Shown here: in pieces, positions 13,131-25,904 of the stretch
Numbering within the stretch: position 1 is the stretch's first letter
How the letters are laid out: every line of letters begins with the position of its first letter
Origin: Octopus sinensis
Taxonomy: Eukaryota
Length of the DNA stretch: 64,000 nucleotides
Assembly: GCF_006345805.1 (NCBI RefSeq)
Contig: NC_043022.1
Coordinates: 11,036,001-11,100,000, forward strand
Direction of reading: 5' to 3'
Position numbers and translations under genes: made by a program
The notes under the pieces: generated by a model
Seen by the model: only the letters and a program-made list of their open reading frames with translations
What the model was told of the DNA's origin: nothing
Database searches by the model: none

Positions 13131-13686
13131 TGTAACGGGAACTCGTTGCTTCTTACACTTTTGGGGGTGCAACTCAGGTGCAACACAATTTCCGTTCTTT
13201 AATTTCCAGAATCTACCAGTCAAGGAACACGAACGCAACCTTAAAAAAATATATATTCTTTATTTTCTTATTCACAGAAAGAAGTAAGGTGGTATATTGG
13301 TATCCACTTGGTTCTGGTGTGGCAAGGCTGAACTGTAACACTTGTAAGAATCTTACAACAAGTTCAGCAGCAAAACAGAGCAGGTCAAATCTTAGCGTCC
13401 AGAGACAGCGGAGAAAATAGGTCTGCCACAATCTCGTATGAAGGCGTTCTGCTACTGCTGCTATGCGTGTCTCTCTGTGTCCTTGTAAGGGAACGCTGTC
13501 CCTCGCCTATCAGCTAATGCCACATCAGCAATTCCTTCTTCAGTCTTCGCGCATGTCCGAGAGGGCACTTCCCTTCTGCCTTTCCAGAAGGCTCCAACCC
13601 CGCACACGCACACTGAAGAAGGACGTTCCGCACCCGCACACTGAAAATGACGTTGTGCGCGCGCACTGTTGTATAACGTCACTACA
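13131..13686 (-). repeat. 3' LTR (556 bp), extended by one extra U5-PBS-leader unit at 12894-13130
   Basis: Matches 18444-19000 apart from one A indel seen by eye (GTAAGGG vs GTAAAGGG). Confidence 0.95.
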
Positions 13687-13844
13687 AAAGCTCCCCCTCG
13701 AGTGCGGAAGCACGAAACAAAATTCCTTGTAGTGACTTTAAAACTCAAGGTGGATACCAGATCACCAAAATAGCACACAATATGACAAATCAAGGCAGAA
13801 TTTACAATATAAACAAGAATGCACCAAAAGGGAAAAAAGAAAAA

Positions 13845-16330
13845 TTACTCAAATGAACAAAGTTCAATAAGTATTGTAACTGTCACAATTGAGAATGTCA
13901 AATATAAATAGTTTTTGAAAGTTTTGAATACCTTCGGCGTGCGGGAAATCACACGAAAAGGTCCTTTGTAAGGAGTAACAAGAGGCCCTTTGACAGAATC
14001 ATCACGTACAAAAACATGCGTCCAAGAATTAAGATCTGATGGCACACCAGAAAGAGGATTTTGGTGTCGAGGGTCCATAGGAGGAAGGGCAGAAAAATAT
14101 CTGCGTAGTCGAGCAACATAAGACTCTAAATTAAGAGACTGTGACTTGTATGGCACCAACATCGTACCAGGCAATGCCAGTGTGGTACCATACAAGAGCT
14201 CGGCAGACGAAAAATCAAGGTCTGCTTTAATCGCAGTCCGACATCCAAGCAAGACGATAGGTAGAAATTCAGTCCACGACTGTGGATTCGGCGAGACACG
14301 CAACGCGGCCTTAAGTTGCCTGTGGAAACGCTCCACCATCCCATTAGAAGCGGGGTGGTAACTAGTGGTGCGTATATGATGCATCCCCAGGATTCGTGAT
14401 AACTCACGAAACAAAGCAGACTCGAATTGTCGACCACGATTTGTGGTTAAACTGGACGGTACACCATACCTAGAAATCCAATTAGACACGAAAGCTTTCG
14501 CAACAGTTTCAGCAGAAATGTCTGCTATAGGAATAGCTTCCGGCCAACGTGAAAAACGATCAATACAAGTTAAAATGTATGAGAACCCGCGACTCACAGG
14601 CCATGGTCCAACCAAATCAAGGTGGACATGGCGAAAACGGGCTTCAGGAGAAGAAAACTGTCCAAGTGGAGCACGAACGTGTCTATGGACTTTAGCACTC
14701 TGGCACCTCAAACAAGAGCATGCCCAAGAGGTAATTGATCGTCGCATATTGGGCCAGAAGAACCGAGCAGTAACAAGCTTTACTGTGGCAGAGATACCTG
14801 GATGTGACAGTGAATGAAGAGCATCAAACACAGAACGTTGATGTTTCTCAGGTACTAATGGTCTAGGTGAACCGGTAGAGACGTCACAAAGAATAGAGCC
14901 TTCTGCTGAAGGGAGCGGTCGGTAGGCAAACTTACAGTTAATAAACTTAGGCGAAGTTAAATCCAACTCCTCTAAAGGTGGTTGATCCTGCGAAATAGCA
15001 GTTAAGTCAATTGCTGCAGGAGAGGAAATGGAATTGACAGGGAGTCTAAAGAGAGCATCAGCAGGGACGTTCTCCTTCCCTGGCACATGCCTAATATCAC
15101 TTGTAAATTGAGAAATATAGTCCAGGTGACGGAAAGCACGAGGAGAGAGTTTATCCGTTTTAGAAGATAGTGCAAAAGTAAGGGGCTTGTGATCAGTATA
15201 AATCACAAACTCTCGTCCCTCGAGCTGGTGCTGAAAATGCCGAACTGACAGATAGATCGCTAGTAACTCTCGATCAAAAGTACTATATCTGCGTTCAGCT
15301 GGCTTTAGCTGGCAAGAAAAGAAAGCCAAAGGTTTAGCTTCACCCTCTACGGTGTGCTGCAAAACAGCGCCAACTGCAGAATCTGATGCGTCCACAGATA
15401 AAGTAAGTGGAGCATCAGGAGCCGGATGTGCTAAAACAGGGACTGAAGCTAGTTCCTTTTTAACTAACTCAAAGGCAGACAGTGCTTCAGCTGAAAGAGT
15501 AAGACGGGCGTCCTTTTTAGAATTGCCCTTTAGCATCTGCGTTAAAGGAAACAACTTGTCCGCACACCGATTTATGAAACGTCGATAGAAATTAACTATA
15601 CCCAAAAAATGGCGAAGTTGACGCAAAGAAGAAGGTGGTGCGATGCGCTGAATAGCATCGACTTTAGACGAGAGTGGTTTGATTCCACTCGAATCAATAT
15701 AATGACCGAGAAAATCAAGAGATGGTTGCCCAAAAACACACTTGTCTGGATTATTGCGAACACCATAGTCGCGAAGACGCTGAAAAAGCTGAGACAAGTG
15801 CAGGAGATGATTCTCATGCGTATCACTTGCGATGAGAATATCATCGACATACGCGAAAACAAAATCAAGTCCACGAACAACTTCATCTATAAAACGTTGG
15901 AACGTACTAGTAGCGTTTCGCAAACCAAAACTCATATACAAAAATTCGAAACAGCCAAAAGGAGTGGTAATTGCCGTTTTAGGAACATCGTCTGGGTTGA
16001 CCGGTATTTGATGATAAGCACGTATGAGGTCAACCTTAGAAAAAATGGTACAGCCATGAAGATTTGCTGAAAAGTCATTGAGATTCCTTAATGGGTATCT
16101 GTCCGGAATCGTCACAGAATTTAGACGCCGATAATCTCCCACCGGGCGAAAATCTGTATCCCCTTTTCGAACTAAATGAAGGGGTGATGCCCATGGACTG
16201 GTGGATGGGCGTATCAGACCAAGCTGGAGCATATGCTCAAACTCAGCCCTAGCCGTTTTAAGACGGTCAGGTGCAAGACGCCGTGGGCGCGAAAAAACAG
16301 GCGGCTCAGTAGTTGTAATAAAATGTTTGT
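13845..16330 (-). CDS. pol: Gypsy Pol: reverse transcriptase, RNase H, integrase
   Basis: [42 protein letters not shown]…[21 protein letters not shown] (catalytic D to N), [13 protein letters not shown] motif. True frame joined to the protease by a 1-nt frameshift near 16330. Confidence 0.92.
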
Positions 16331-16851
16331 GTCGAGTGTAATGGCTTTGCCACTTTAAAGGTAACATCAAGTAGCTCTGGAAAAGAGGCCAAAAGAGAGT
16401 GAAAAACGTCTCCAGATGTAGAAACAAAAAATGTCGGGCTAAGAGCTGAATCGGTAGATTCTCTGGTCGGCGTGGAGAGTGTAGTCGTACTATCGACTAG
16501 CCTCCGACGTCTGACATCTACCAATAAATCAAAATTACTTAGAAAATCCGCACCTAAAATAGGATGCTGAATGTCAGCAATGATAAAAACCCATTGAAAA
16601 TCTCGACGAAGATTAATGTCAAGGCGTAAAGAGATCTGACCGAATGTGGCTATTGGTGACGAATCAATAGCGTGCAATGTAACATTAGATCGCTTTGGCC
16701 TGTCGGTTGTGAGACGCAGAGGCCAAATGCTGCAACAAGAACCAGTGTCCACCATGAAGTTTTTCTTCGACACTTGATCCTTGACGAAAAATGCACGATA
16801 ACTAGAAAATGATGTGGAGGAAGTTGACGTGCTCAAATTCTCCGAAGCTAG
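16306..16851 (-). CDS. pol: Gypsy aspartic protease region (start of pol frame)
   Basis: [13 protein letters not shown]…ILGADFL. The frame is open upstream to the slippery site at 16851-16857. Confidence 0.9.
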   Translation of the reverse strand, partial: LASENLSTSTSSTSFSSYRAFFVKDQVSKKNFMVDTGSCCSIWPLRLTTDRPKRSNVTLHAIDSSPIATFGQISLRLDINLRRDFQWVFIIADIQHPILGADFLSNFDLLVDVRRRRLVDSTTTLSTPTRESTDSALSPTFFVSTSGDVFHSLLASFPELLDVTFKVAKPLHSTQTFYYNY

Positions 16852-17563
16852 TTTAAAGGTTTATAGGTGCATGGCTGTATGCACTTATGTGCTTTCTCTC
16901 CAAAATTGGAGTGATACCAACACAGTCCGGACTTTGACTGTGGAACGTGACGATGAACGGCTGCGACTCCGCGATCTTGAAAATCGCTTGCCATCGCGTC
17001 CATCCTTTTGGTGAGACTTTCTATTTGTTTAGAAAGTCCCTCAATTGAGGCTGAAGAAGCTTGTGAGCAGACACAAGCAGACCGTGACGATGGTTGAACG
17101 GCAAATTCAACCATTTTATCTGCCATTGTTGCTATCTGGTCCACGGTATTGGACTCTAAAGCGGTTGCCAAAACAGTTTGTATATAGGCGGGCAACCTTG
17201 AAAAAAAATTTTTCGAAGGAGAGGAGCGTCTGCAGCTTTACCGCTCAACTCTCTTAGTCTTCTCAAAAATTCAGAAGGAGTCCTATCTCCCAACTCCTCA
17301 TCCGCCATTAATTCATTGAAGCGACTTTCCTCGCTTCTAGTGTTCCTCTTCTCCACTTCTAATTTAACAGACGCATAAGTGGCGTCTGGGCCAGGATCTG
17401 TGATAAGATCTCTGGCAGTAGTTGCAAGTTGAGGAGGCATACAACCATACAGGATTTGCAACTGCTGCTGAGAAGAAACATTATGTGCACAAAATTGTGC
17501 CTCTAGCTGCGCAAACCACAGTGTGGCATCACCTGTGAAAATAGGTAATGATGATAGAGACAT
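16848..17563 (-). CDS. gag: Gag with CHCC zinc motif; frameshift at an A/T homopolymer near 17205
   Basis: PIFTGDATLWFAQLEAQF…LGDRTPSEFLRRLREL, then CWYHSNFGEKAHKC in the second frame. Confidence 0.88.
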
Positions 17564-17833
17564 TTTTATAGCTTTTAACTTTTAGATGATTCTGTCAAAG
17601 GAAAGGTAAACTGACAACGAATCAACGTTGAACAGACGCAACAAGGAAAAAGGGAAAAAGAAATACCGGCAATTGAACCAATAAAATTTTTTATATGTGC
17701 AATTTACAAAAAAAAATGTTTTTTTTTTTTGTACTGTGTGCACAGAGAATAAAAATTTTTTTTTTTACCAACCTTCGTCGCGTCTTAAACGAAAAAAATT
17801 TTTTTTTTCTTCTTCGTGCGTGTGTGCTAAGAT

Positions 17834-18443
17834 GAAATAGCTGAAACTGTTTGAAGCGACTGGAAACAAATTGTTGAAAGATGATGACTGCGCAGATTGA
17901 TTGTGGTTCAGACTCGGTAGAAACTAGATCTTTGTTGAGTGTTCTCTGGTCTATGACCAGAACTCGGGGTCACCACTGTAACGGGAACTCGTTGCTTCTT
18001 ACACTTTTGGGGGTGCAACTCAGGTGCAACACAATTTCCGTTCTTTAATTTCCAGAATCTACCAGTCAAGGAAATAGCTGAAACTGTTTGAAGCGACTGG
18101 AAACAATTGTTGAAAGATGATGACTGCGCAGATTGATTGTGGTTCAGACTCGGTAGAAACTAGATCTTTGTTGAGTGTTCTGGTCTATGACCAGAACTCG
18201 GGGTCACACTGTAACGGGAACTCGTTGCTTCTTACACTTTTGGGGGTGCAACTCAGGTGCAACACAATTTCCGTTCTTTAATTTCCAGATCTACCAGTCA
18301 AGGAAATAGCTGAAACTGTTTGAGGCGACTGGAAACAAATGTTGAAAGATGATGACTGCGCAGATGATTGTGGTTCAGACTCGGTAGAAACTAGATCTTT
18401 GTTGAGTGTTCTCTGGTCTATGACCAGAACTCGGGGTCACCAC
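17834..18443 (-). repeat. Tandem ~234-237 bp U5-PBS-leader units with three PBS copies
   Basis: TGTAACGGG U5 ends at 17977, 18210 and 18444, each preceded by GGGGTCA(C)CAC. Confidence 0.92.
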
Positions 18444-19000
18444 TGTAACGGGAACTCGTTGCTTCTTACACTTTTGGGGGTGCAACTCAGGTGCAACACA
18501 ATTTCCGTTCTTTAATTTCCAGAATCTACCAGTCAAGGAACACGAACGCAACCTTAAAAAAATATATATTCTTTATTTTCTTATTCACAGAAAGAAGTAA
18601 GGTGGTATATTGGTATCCACTTGGTTCTGGTGTGGCAAGGCTGAACTGTAACACTTGTAAGAATCTTACAACAAGTTCAGCAGCAAAACAGAGCAGGTCA
18701 AATCTTAGCGTCCAGAGACAGCGGAGAAAATAGGTCTGCCACAATCTCGTATGAAGGCGTTCTGCTACTGCTGCTATGCGTGTCTCTCTGTGTCCTTGTA
18801 AAGGGAACGCTGTCCCTCGCCTATCAGCTAATGCCACATCAGCAATTCCTTCTTCAGTCTTCGCGCATGTCCGAGAGGGCACTTCCCTTCTGCCTTTCCA
18901 GAAGGCTCCAACCCCGCACACGCACACTGAAGAAGGACGTTCCGCACCCGCACACTGAAAATGACGTTGTGCGCGCGCACTGTTGTATAACGTCACTACA
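18444..19000 (-). repeat. 5' LTR (557 bp)
   Basis: Near-identical to 13131-13686. Confidence 0.95.
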
Positions 19001-19036
19001 CATCTTTCGACGGGTTTGATTAATCTCTATTAGGTC

Positions 19037-21635
19037 TGTAGGGATGAGCCAGAAGAAGTGGGACATGACGTCAATGGTCAAGGGACTGACCGGAAAAGGA
19101 AGCGTGAGACGGGAAATGCGGGGTGGGAACATGACAGGGTCGTTCTTTTTTGGCCGACCGAGGAATTGCAAACGGACGTGAGGGAATTCGCTCTCGGGTT
19201 GGTAAGATAGCAGCTGCTTATATTGGGTGACAGGACAGAGCAGGATCGCTGGAGTGACTACTACTACTAGACGGGGGCAGATGAGAGAGGAAGGTAGGTG
19301 AACCTCTTTTCATTTCCCACGTACGACAAGCTATTTTGGCAATTGTATACAGATGTCATTGTCCACTTGATATATGATGGCAGCGAAGATAAGGATCGAT
19401 AGTGATGTCATCAGACCTTTCTATGGCGAAGGTGACGTAGTAGCTTGGATTCGAAAGGTCAAAGTTGTGGCCAAGATACAAGGCATCGAAGATGTAGCGA
19501 GCATCATGGCACTGTACTTGGAGGGGAGTGCGCTGGCATTGTACCTTGAAATGGATGAAGAAGAACAGCTGAGCGCAGCGAAGATCGAGCAGCGCTTAAG
19601 AGAGGTTTACACAGATGAAGAGTAAGCCGCTTTTGCTAAGCTGGGAACGATCAGATGGAGAGGGGAACAGGTCGACCAATACGCTGCGGAGGTACGGAGG
19701 CTGGTTGTGTTGTCTGCTCTTACCGGTGAGGGATTTGAGAAAGTAGCGCGACTGGCTTTTTGAACGGCTTTCCCGACGACGTGTCAGTGCGATTACAACA
19801 GTTGTCAGGCGGCAACAAAATGGCGATGAGCGAGCTCAGGGTTCAAGCCCGCGCGGAAGGCAGTGGTGATTGCGGCTGCAGAAGCCCGAGACCTGCTGTG
19901 AAACGACAGCGGTCATTCTCAGGACGGTGTTTTAAGTGCCAAGGGCCGCACATGGCGAGGGACTACACGGATCCCGGACCAGTTTGCTACCGGTGTAAAG
20001 AGATTGGGTATATCGCCCGAAATTATAGCAAGAGAAAAGGTCACAGGGAAGTTGTTGCCTCTCAAACTTACCCTCCGAATGAGTAGAGGCGTTGGTGAAG
20101 TCACTGCCTGTGGTTGAGGTCGTGGTTAGGGGAAACACGTTCAAGGCCCTCTTGGACACGGGCTGCACGACGACTCTCGCGATCCCGAGGGTGACAAAGA
20201 AACAGAAGGGGATGAGTAGCGTTCGGACAATCGACGGTAGCGTAATCGAATGCAAGGGTAGCAGCGATGTGGATATAGCGGTGCGAGGCACAACACTAAG
20301 GTTCCGGGCAATTGTGATCGACCACGTGGTAGATGGGATCGACGTGGTAATGGGGATGGACGCAATCGACCACCATGGAGGTGTCAGTATTGGAGGAGAT
20401 ATGGTTTCGTTTGTTGCTGTGGAGGCGTCGTGCGCCGTGAGTCAGGAATGTGAGCGGCAGCAGAGCCCTGCGAGGAGCTGCACTGCATACGCCATTGAAG
20501 AGAAGGATTTTCGGGCGGTTTTCGATGGACAGCGATGGACGATAGAGTGGCGCTGGAAAGGGGAACCCCCGACGCTGATGAGCAAGGTGAGTTGCTACCA
20601 GAATACTCTGAAAGTGCACGCCAGGGGCGAGTTTGAAGAAGAGGTAGAGAAGTGGATTAAGGAAGGTATCCTTATCCGGTAGAAAGATGAGGTGGTGATC
20701 GGAGTGCTACCTCTAATGGCAGTGGTGCAAGCCAACAATGGGCAAAGTTAGATCGGTACTGGACTTTCGGGAGATGAACGGCCATATATCGTGCCACAGA
20801 GATGGCGAGGCGACCGACGTCTGCGATGAGACGCTGCGAATACGGAGGCAGTCGACGAAGGCGGCGACGATCGCCGACCTGAAGTCGGAATATTTGCAGT
20901 TCCATATGAGAGAGAAACTATGGCAGTACCAACTGGCGCGATACAAGGGCCGGACGTATTGTCTGAGAAGGCTGGGTTTCGAGCTGAATTCTGCTCCGAA
21001 GATCATAGCGACCTTGCTCAAATCCATCATGGGAAAGGTGAATAGGACAATAAAGGCCACCAATTCCTACATAGATGACATCCTAGTGCACAAGACCGTA
21101 GTGCCTGCCACAGAGGTTGTGAGACATTTGAAGAAATTCGGGTTGATTGTAAAACCACAGGAGCCAATGGTTGGAGGAGCTGCACTGGGACTTAAGCTTC
21201 AGAGAGTATGAATAGGCGAGTTTGTGCTTCGTTGAGGGAACGAGATCCCGGAGTTGGGTACCAACGTCAGCATGAGAGAACTGTTCTCAATGTGCGGGAA
21301 GTTAGTAGGTCACTACCCGATCGCGGGGTGGCTGCGTACGGCATGCAATTACACCAAGAGAAGGGGAGAACTGGAGTGACAAAGTGAGAGAGGGGACGAT
21401 GGCGATGATGTGAGAAATCCTGGAGAGGACGAGAGCGGAAGAGGGAACTGGCATATGCCCAAATCGGATAGCGGGACCGCATGGTGTGATGCTAGCAGCA
21501 TTGCGATAGGCGTCTTGGAAATCGGAGGTACCGAAGTGGAGGATGCCACCTGGCTTCGAAAAGCAGACGACTACAACCACATCAATGTCGCTGAGTTGGA
21601 CGTAGTGCTGAAGGGAGTGAATTTGGCCCTGAAAT
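19037..21635 (+). mobile_element. Degenerate, 3'-truncated Ty3/Gypsy element (putative LTR 19037-19328; gag-PR-RT-RH pseudogene)
   Basis: Gag RPFYGEGDVVAWIRKV; two decayed CCHC knuckles; LLDTGCTTT; YIDDILV; RNase H WCDASSIAIG…HINVAELD. Multiple stops and frameshifts. No integrase or second LTR seen. Confidence 0.85.
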
Positions 21636-22405
21636 GTATATGTTGTGATTTTGTTTTTATATGCGTATGTATATATGCGTATATTTGAAAGTATGGATAT
21701 GTATGTCTTACATGGAAAAAGGTTGAATGTATCGGTGATAAAACCGAAAAGCTTATGCTTTCCCCTTGCGGCATTTGTTTTTGCACCGGATTACAGACAT
21801 CGATATATTAGTTTAACTGTCAGAAATCCTCTGAATTTGTGATAGACTTGGCAGAAACCTGTAAAGAACGACTCTATTTTTACCAACAACGACATAAAAT
21901 ATACCTAAATAAGGGCAGATAATTATGTGGTTGGGGACCAAGGATATATTGCTGAGGTTAGGGATATGAAAAGTGGGTTTAGTTTTCTATTATAATTTCC
22001 TTCTAAGATTCTTCAAAACACTATTAAACCACACACAATACTTGATTGGCTGTTTTATTGACTTTTTCGGTGATAAAAGGAGGAAAGGTAAAAATGATCA
22101 ATGCAGTATTTGGACTCAGAACACAAAGGACCATAGCTAAATTCGGCAGGCAGTTTGTCCAGGGTTCTAACAAATCTATGTGGATCACTATAAAATTGAA
22201 GTTTGCTTAAAATTATTTTTGCAACATGAGAAGGTTTGAGTTTAAGCTAAACAAACTCCATGTTATTTTGAACATGTATATCCACTGACATTTCAGTTAC
22301 TAGCCATGGTACTGCACTTGTAGCTATTGTCTACACCCACCTCCTTGTTCGCGTACATATGTTGCATTTTTAAAGGGTGGATATTAAAGATAACTTTCAA
22401 ACAAA

Positions 22406-22448
<43 letters not shown>

Positions 22449-23189
22449 AAACATATAATTGTAGGTATGTTTATGTGTGTATGTATGCATGAGTTTGCAT
22501 GTCTATATATATGAATGTATTACATGATTCATACAAAACTTCTGGAAGATATTTTATAAATGTTTTATATATTTTTTTACAGTTCTATATATGGCTCGTG
22601 ACTGCAAATTATATTTCCGTTCTTTTTAGATTTTTGAATCCCTAACTTGCGAGATTAGTGTCGAGATAGTCAGTGAAATAACCAAATATTTCAATAAACA
22701 CAGGTATTATCTAAAGTAAGAATACAGTGTAGGTACTAGGTTTACAGACAACTTATTGGTGCTCTATAAATGTCTTCTGTATTAACACATTGATGACAAG
22801 AGAGGTGTTGACTTCCACATCAGAGTATGGCCTCAGACAACAAAATGAGAACGGCCGTTTTCACCTTTGGCAGTCTTAAGTCTTAGTTCTCACGAATATT
22901 TATTCGATTCACTGCCTCAATATATTGACCACTGTTATACTTTCTTTCTCATTCTGTTTTAAATTATTTTGGCTAGCATATCATACTTTACGCTCTTGCT
23001 TCATACAATGCATGTGACATGCAGAGCATGGTGCATGCTTCAAAGAACTAAAATTGCTCTCATCATCAGTGGCAAAAAACCACAGAAGAAACCAACCAGA
23101 GATGTTATTACCTTGTGCGTTTAGGACAGTAGATCTGTTTGAAGAAGAAGCCTCTTGTGGACGATGAAAAGTGAAACGGCTATTGGAAG

Positions 23190-23520
23190 GCGGTTGTAGA
23201 TTGACCAGGGTGCTAAAAATCATTCCAGTTACGAAGTCAGATATTATCATGTGGTGTGAGGGAAAGAAAGTAGTAAATCTAGACGATAACATGGACGCCG
23301 CTCGGACTCGAAAGATCAACCGATATAAAAACCTCCTCGAAGAATGTGAAAAAGGTAAACTGGGAAGCAGAGCATTTTCCAATCAAAGTTCGATATAGAG
23401 GATTCATTAGGCACAGTGTGAGACGACTGTTGTTGTCGCTAGGCCTAAGTCATCGTGAAGCAAATATTACCATGAGTGATATCTAGACTACAGTGGAGAA
23501 GGCAAGCCGCTCGATTTAGT
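23190..23520 (+). mobile_element. C-terminal restriction-like endonuclease fragment of an R2-superfamily (HERO/NeSL-like) LINE
   Basis: KSDIIMWCEGKKVV…DNMDAARTRKINRYKNLLEEC…WEAEHFPIKVRYRGF resembles the PD…ELTVPWE…RK..KY…GW…FPVEVG.RGF RLE pattern. Confidence 0.6.
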
Positions 23521-25005
23521 TAAAAAGAGACGACGAGTAATGACTAAAATATTGAACGAGACTTAACAAGTAGTTGGTCAAGCAAGCGAAGTCTGATATT
23601 AGTGGGGGAGGGGCAGTGCACAGTAATGCTGTCGAGAGGAAGGCCTCAAAAATAACCCCATAAACTTGCTAGCATCCGGTATGCGGAGCTTTCTACTGGT
23701 AACACTTGCATCTGCAAGTTCTTTTCAAAACATCAATAACATTTAAACTCTCACATTTGTTGTAATACTATTTCAATTACATTAATTACTATAACATCCA
23801 AACTCTCTCTAAAAAAAAAATAAAGCTCGTTCGTTTGCAGTTAGCTAATCAGTTCAAGTACTAGCGATCATCACACATCTACCAGCCACACATGTATAAC
23901 TGTGTGTTTCTGTGCTTGTCCGAGTTTGTGGAGGCGTGTGTGCTTGTAAGCATACACATAACTGGTGTATTTAGTTATGTTAGAGTTAACATATTGATGC
24001 AAAGCAAAAGACCTAATTAGAAATATTAATGCAGTGAGAAGATTAATTCAAAGACTAATGTAGTTTTAATCATTTCAGTAAATGTACACGTTTTGATCAT
24101 GTTAGACATCCTCATCGAAGCCTAACTTTACTATTCCTGCCAAAGTAGTATTAGGGAAGTCACTAAGTAAGTGAAAAATATTTAAATATCAGAAAATTAG
24201 AGTGGAAAGTCTTGCCATTAAAGCAATTTGCGTGGGACAGAAATCCACCAAAATAACCCGTCCTCAATACAATGTAAATATAGGTGAATCTCCGTTGGTG
24301 ACCCAACGATACAATGGGATATGGGCTTCACCACAGGTGATACTATAAACAACTTGAATTTATACTCACACGCACGCACGCACGCACGCACACGCGCGCA
24401 CACACACACACCAGTTTAACATCTGGTGACCAGTTGAAGAATTTCAAAGATCCCTAACCTTATTAATAAAAATAGAGTCAAGTGTAAAGCTGTGTCTATT
24501 TTTTGTCGCCAAAAACACCGTTAATGTCGCTAAAATACCATTGATGTCATTAAAAACACCAGTAATGTCGCTAAACTCACTATTGATGTTTTTGAAAAAC
24601 TAAAAATAGTTTACCCCCTATCCCTGAAGATAACAAGAGAGCTGGCTTGTTTTTCCGATGACTAACGCAAACCTGTGCGGCGGGTGGGGTTACTTTTAAG
24701 ACATGGTTAATTTATCAAAATGCTATAATGCCTTCTTCCTCTGATGCCCTTGTGGTAAATAAATCATCGTCGGTTAGCTGGCTGTATTGTTAGAACGTCG
24801 CAAAAATCTCGCGTGGTATTTGTTCCGGCTCTTTACATTCTAAGTTCAAATTTCACCGAAGTCACATTTGTCGTTCGCCCCATCCAGAATCAATAACATA
24901 AAGTACCATTCAAGTTCTGGGGTCGACACAATCGACTATTCCGTCCCCTAAAATTTCTAGCCTTTTTGAAACCATCATTAAAATGGCCGCGTGCTCGCAG
25001 AATCA

Positions 25006-25200
25006 TTAGCGTGTTGGACAAAATGCTAAGCAGTATTTCGCCCACTCGGAACGTTCTGAGTTAAAATTCCGCCGAAGTCAACTCTGTTTTTCATCCTTTC
25101 GGGGTTGATAAAATAAGTACCAGTTACGTACAAGGGTTGATGTGATCGACCAGCCCCCTCCCAACAAATTTCCTGGCCTTGTACCTTGTAGAAAGAATTA
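25006..25200 (+). mobile_element. SINE family A copy (a more degenerate copy lies at ~24770-24965)
   Basis: B box GAGTTAAAATTCC and GTCAACTCTGTTTTTCATCCTTTCGGGGTTGATAAAATAAGTACC. Confidence 0.75.
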
Positions 25201-25904
25201 TTAACTTTAATTCGTAAAATAAGTAGAAATAGTAGGGTGCCTTCTACGAAATAAATACCAGTAATAAACTGAGGTACAATGCACTCAATCCTTCCCTGAC
25301 AAAAATTAAAATGTGCATATATATGAAAAGTCTACAATAATTATTCAGTGTTTTACCAATGTAAAATATTCAATTACATGTTCTTTTATCCAAAATGTTT
25401 TATTAAAGTCAAACTAATTAGAAAACGCAGTGTATACCATTAAGAGTGTAATCTTAAATGCAGTTGCCCTACAACATCAGTAGGCTGTCGTTTATTGTCT
25501 ACGTAACGATTTAGTTCTAATGAGACATCCCTCAGATATATTGTTTACTCATTCTTTTTATATCGTCACCTAGTGTTCATTCTCGAAAGCTTCATTTCTC
25601 GCATCGTACTAAGATCTGATAGTGGAAGGCTATATTTTGCTAATGAGCTCTGATAATAACGAAATATTTTCGGAATAGTCACTGCACTGATAACAATCTC
25701 ACTGAATCTTCACAGTATCACAAAGTTAATTTTAATTAATGAATATATTTTTGATCAAAATTATTCCTTTCTATAACAATTGTCGTCATAACTAAGGGTG
25801 AGAGCTTTTCGGAAGCAATGTATTTGTAATTCAAAGGACCAGTTTTACCATACGTTGTGTCGTATGTCTGGGTTATTCAGTTACATGCTAAGACAAAAAG
25901 GTTA

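Larger units (their letters stand above)
12894..19000 (-). mobile_element. Ty3/Gypsy LTR retrotransposon, CsRn1-like clade, near full length
   Basis: TG…CA termini; 4-bp TSD CATC (12890-12893 and 19001-19004); PBS TGGTGACCCCGA (tRNA-Trp 3' end); PPT GAGGGGGAG at 13691-13699; gag CHCC motif; PR-RT-RH-IN order. Confidence 0.95.

Noticed and set aside
16306-16427. Separate TTG starts and overlapping PR and pol ORFs as real genes
   Set aside because: Better explained as one pol frame entered by -1 frameshift and broken by a 1-nt indel near 16330.
17834-18443. CRISPR-like or satellite interpretation of the ~235-bp repeats
   Set aside because: Units have no unique spacers and consist of LTR U5, PBS and leader sequence.
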